This document shows positions 62,001 through 64,000 of a stretch of DNA of 64,000 bases, in pieces. The notes under the pieces are model-generated. The model ran no database searches. It had not been told where the DNA came from and saw nothing but the letters and a program-made list of their open reading frames with translations. Made by a program: the position numbers and the translations under genes. The stretch lies in the sequence record NC_019411.1; one strand, written 5' to 3'. The first letter of the stretch is position 1. The number at the start of each line of letters is the position of its first letter.

Positions 62001-64000
62001 AACTTCAAGAAGGACCTGGAGCCGCTCAACTTCAACGACCTCTTCAAGCGCGCCGCCGCCCTGGCCGACGGCAGCTTCGCGCGCACCGCCGCCGCGTCCA
62101 AGCCGGGTGGCATGATGGCGCCGCCGGCCGTGGCGACGCAACAGACCGCCGCCGCCGTCAAGGCGACCATCGCCTCGATGGGCGATCGCGTGTACGCGAC
62201 GGCCGGGCAGCATCTCGGTCAGACCGAGGCCAAGGACGCCGCGTCCCTGCAAGCCTACTTCAAGGCCAACGGCGTCACCATCGATCCCAAGAAGCTCTCC
62301 TGGTGCGCGGCCTTCGTCAACGCCGTCCTGGCCCAGAACGGGCTCTCGGGCTCGGGCTCGCTGGCGGCCTCGTCCTTCAAGGACTATGGCGACGAGGTCT
62401 CGCGCACCGACGCCCGCAAGGGCGACATCGTCGTCCTCAAGCCCCAGGCGGCGGGCGCGACCGGTCACGTCGGCTTCCTCGACGGCTTCGACCGCTACGG
62501 CAATGTGCGGGTGCTGGGCGGCAACCAGGGCGCGGCCGGCGGCGGCGGCGTCAACGTCTCGACCTTCGCCTCCAATCAGGTCGTCTCCTTCCGCCGCACG
62601 GGCAGCGGCGGGGCCTCCAACTTCCTGGGCGGCGGCATCACCGAGGCCCAGGGCGAAGAAGGCGGCTCGCGCTACGAGCGCCGGATGAACGCCTTCAAGG
62701 CGCTCGGGACGATCACCGGCCAAGCCTCGCCGGCCGCCGACGCCCTGGCCGACTACCAAGGCAACCTCGAAAAGCTGCGCGACATCATCGTCTCGGAAGA
62801 GAAGCTGCTGAAGGACGTCGGGGCCGACGGCCAGTCGTTCTTCAACAAGACTAACCTGGAAGCCCTGGTCGCCGCTCAGAAGAAGTGGAACCGCTCGATC
62901 GTCGAGGCGCTCAACCCGATCGCCAAGGAAGCCCGGACCCTGTCTGAGGCCAACGACGTCCTGCAATTGCGCGCCAAGGGCCTGTCGCAGGAAGCCGACT
63001 GGCAAGAGCGTCTGACCGAACTGCGCAACTCCGGCATCAATGTCGACCTGATGCAGGATGAGGCCAAGTGGACCCAGTACCTGAACGAGTTGAAGAAGCA
63101 GGGCCTGGAGATCGACGTCAAGGCCCTGCAACTGAAGCCGGACGAACTGCGCTACCAGCAGGGTCGCGCCGAGGCGCTCCAGGCTGAACTCGACCTGACC
63201 AAGGCGCTGAACGACGCCAAGCTGGCGGGCATCGCCCGCACCGGCTCCAGCTACGACCGCACCCTGTCGGGCCTCGTCGCTGGCAAGGGCCGCGACGGCG
63301 AGACGCTCGACCAGACCCGCCAGCGTCTGGCGGGTTCGGTTGGCAGCGATGGCCGCAACGCGCTGGAGGCCCTGCAAGAGCAGGCCGGCGTGATGGAAGG
63401 CTCGCGCATGGCCGACGTCAAGGCCAGCATGCAGTCGCAGCTTGAGATCATGCGCGAGAGCGCGCGCCTCAACAACACCCAGCGCGGCATCTACGACGAC
63501 TACCGCAACATCCTGGGCGAACTGCTGAACAAGCAGGGCGCCTCGCTGAAGGAACTGCTGGACTCGGCCGACGAGGAGACCAAGCGTCTCGCCCAGTCGT
63601 TCGTCCGCGCCAAGGCGGACTTCGAAAACCCGCCCGGCTTCCAGAAGTGGGCCGACTCCCTGGAGCCGCTGAACAAGCGCCTCCAGGACATCAAGGCCAA
63701 CTTCCTCGACAACTTCTCCGGCGGCATCACCGATGCGCTGCTGGGCGAGAAGGTCGACTGGAAGGCGATGCTGCACGACACCTTCAAGCAGATGCTGCGC
63801 GCCCAGGTCGATGAGGGCCTCAAGAGCCTCACCTACAAGCTGCTCGGCCAGGGCGGCGACCAGGGCGCGGCCCAGACCCCGGAAGCCCAGGCGCTGGTCT
63901 CGGCGGCCGATGTCCAATTGCAGGCCGGCAACAGCCTGCAACAAGCCGCCGCGAGCCTGATGCAGGCGGCCCAGACCACCGCGACCGCCGGCGCGGGCGG
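59058..64000 (+). CDS. Tail tape measure protein (3'-partial) with embedded NlpC/P60-CHAP-like hydrolase domain
   Basis: ATG 59058, open to the window end; tape-measure motif LSQAMAKGKISSEEFNRQIGEQIPG near 60330; WCAAFVN...GHVGF...LGGNQ at about 62300-62530. Confidence 0.9.
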   Translation, partial: MDSEALKLKIDSSQARTDLDALAKSLDRASKAAGAMQSNLAKGVDKSNEALSRGAKNIEKFARVTAELSKVKLSGDPAKQLTEFANAVSAVARAREISAAKLNGLSKFVQVGAAISKLRFTGESFSGLHALTQAMDEAGRARAVSAAKLKSFVDYMEVAARASRLRFSSQTSEALKSLASAMDAVARSRVVSPQKLAAFKELFATLATAKGVPNAGAIARDLDTIAGAASRAAKAMAELKGARSGMGSMRASGGAGGGGGIASGASSNVKRFNEEVAKVKGHTDNASKGVDGLGKGLGLLTGRFNLSYQAGTLFSALFSSFTFGQLVKGIYDTTVSFQKLNKAMLFVTGTYAGAHKATQDFIDISVQLGASVEDNADAYSRFAISSAAAGLKLADVNKIYKSTQLALTAVGANSEQVGYAFYGLSQAMAKGKISSEEFNRQIGEQIPGNAQAGARALSKLTGQQKSVADLFDEMRKGTLQSAPFLKAWADEINRMFAPLLPEAEKRPDFQLNKLKTAFSLWKKEVGQSQFIGALTTQFKKLSDMLIVVEGDHYVLTERGRKLADSFGKGLAQAVNILGNALAWLADNLDKVVAVIKVIGALAIGNEFAKWGRQVAAFADNMLGVKRAIEEVSVAETTASGKRAVTSKAGAVNAVSTVASDRMAMATNRTRNAVMGGTFVANAVAPAVRQSPQFSQLSYLTGNPTSPTRGAPTFGRRQPYTGTMTFDARPAGRAGGMGGLFAAMGSGAATAATGAFTGLRKALNVLPGVALGAAVALAIFGNSITKLNDKAVSYNNIAAGALGTAGDEIGNGMTGLINGIRGLFGAQQKAQGTGDWLVDLSATLIVFGKAIFTLATTLGKILGTLMANVIIPWIELGQKVASGDLKGAAGKAGEVLMGQIGKGNRERWAELGKELGKDWGKALDYAGTRQSIVNGALKSAAGDSAAQQGANAAEKMTEAALAQMKAADQQALAAADLKDATANFKKDLEPLNFNDLFKRAAALADGSFARTAAASKPGGMMAPPAVATQQTAAAVKATIASMGDRVYATAGQHLGQTEAKDAASLQAYFKANGVTIDPKKLSWCAAFVNAVLAQNGLSGSGSLAASSFKDYGDEVSRTDARKGDIVVLKPQAAGATGHVGFLDGFDRYGNVRVLGGNQGAAGGGGVNVSTFASNQVVSFRRTGSGGASNFLGGGITEAQGEEGGSRYERRMNAFKALGTITGQASPAADALADYQGNLEKLRDIIVSEEKLLKDVGADGQSFFNKTNLEALVAAQKKWNRSIVEALNPIAKEARTLSEANDVLQLRAKGLSQEADWQERLTELRNSGINVDLMQDEAKWTQYLNELKKQGLEIDVKALQLKPDELRYQQGRAEALQAELDLTKALNDAKLAGIARTGSSYDRTLSGLVAGKGRDGETLDQTRQRLAGSVGSDGRNALEALQEQAGVMEGSRMADVKASMQSQLEIMRESARLNNTQRGIYDDYRNILGELLNKQGASLKELLDSADEETKRLAQSFVRAKADFENPPGFQKWADSLEPLNKRLQDIKANFLDNFSGGITDALLGEKVDWKAMLHDTFKQMLRAQVDEGLKSLTYKLLGQGGDQGAAQTPEAQALVSAADVQLQAGNSLQQAAASLMQAAQTTATAGAG

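Overview
The window is a ~66% GC segment of a large siphophage genome. Gene order and content match my recollection of Caulobacter phiCbK-like phages; no database search was run. From start to end it contains: the 3' end of the terminase large subunit (<1-779); a repeat-rich, mostly non-coding stretch that probably marks a genome terminus (780-2600); an early region (2.7-9.9 kb) whose genes are almost all driven by their own CtrA-box (TTAA-N7-TTAA) promoters; about 45 small accessory genes (10-29.7 kb) that include the portal, a BTLCP protease, MazG-like, HD, DHH, DEDDh and HNH enzymes; a head module (scaffold, major and minor capsid, and a candidate head-filament cluster with a 2797-aa Gly-rich/LamG protein); an array of 31 CCA-encoding tRNA or tRNA-like genes (47.0-51.9 kb); phoH; neck and tail genes; a -1 frameshifted tail chaperone; and the 5' part of the tape measure gene. 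The main finding is in the tRNA array. It is split into sub-operons, and at least two of them are each preceded by a sigma70 promoter, a short leader ORF and a terminator/antiterminator switch. The leader codons match the anticodon set of the tRNAs downstream: 35 consecutive Pro/Thr/Lys/Leu/His/Ala/Ser codons precede the P,P,T,T,K,K,L,L,L,H,A,S,S,S tRNAs, and 15 consecutive Tyr/Arg/Gln/Phe/Val/Ile/Asn codons precede the Y,F,V,I,I,V,Q,Q,N,R,R,R tRNAs. This looks like ribosome-mediated attenuation that would turn on phage tRNA genes when those tRNAs become limiting. All folding and counting was done by eye and needs computational and experimental confirmation.
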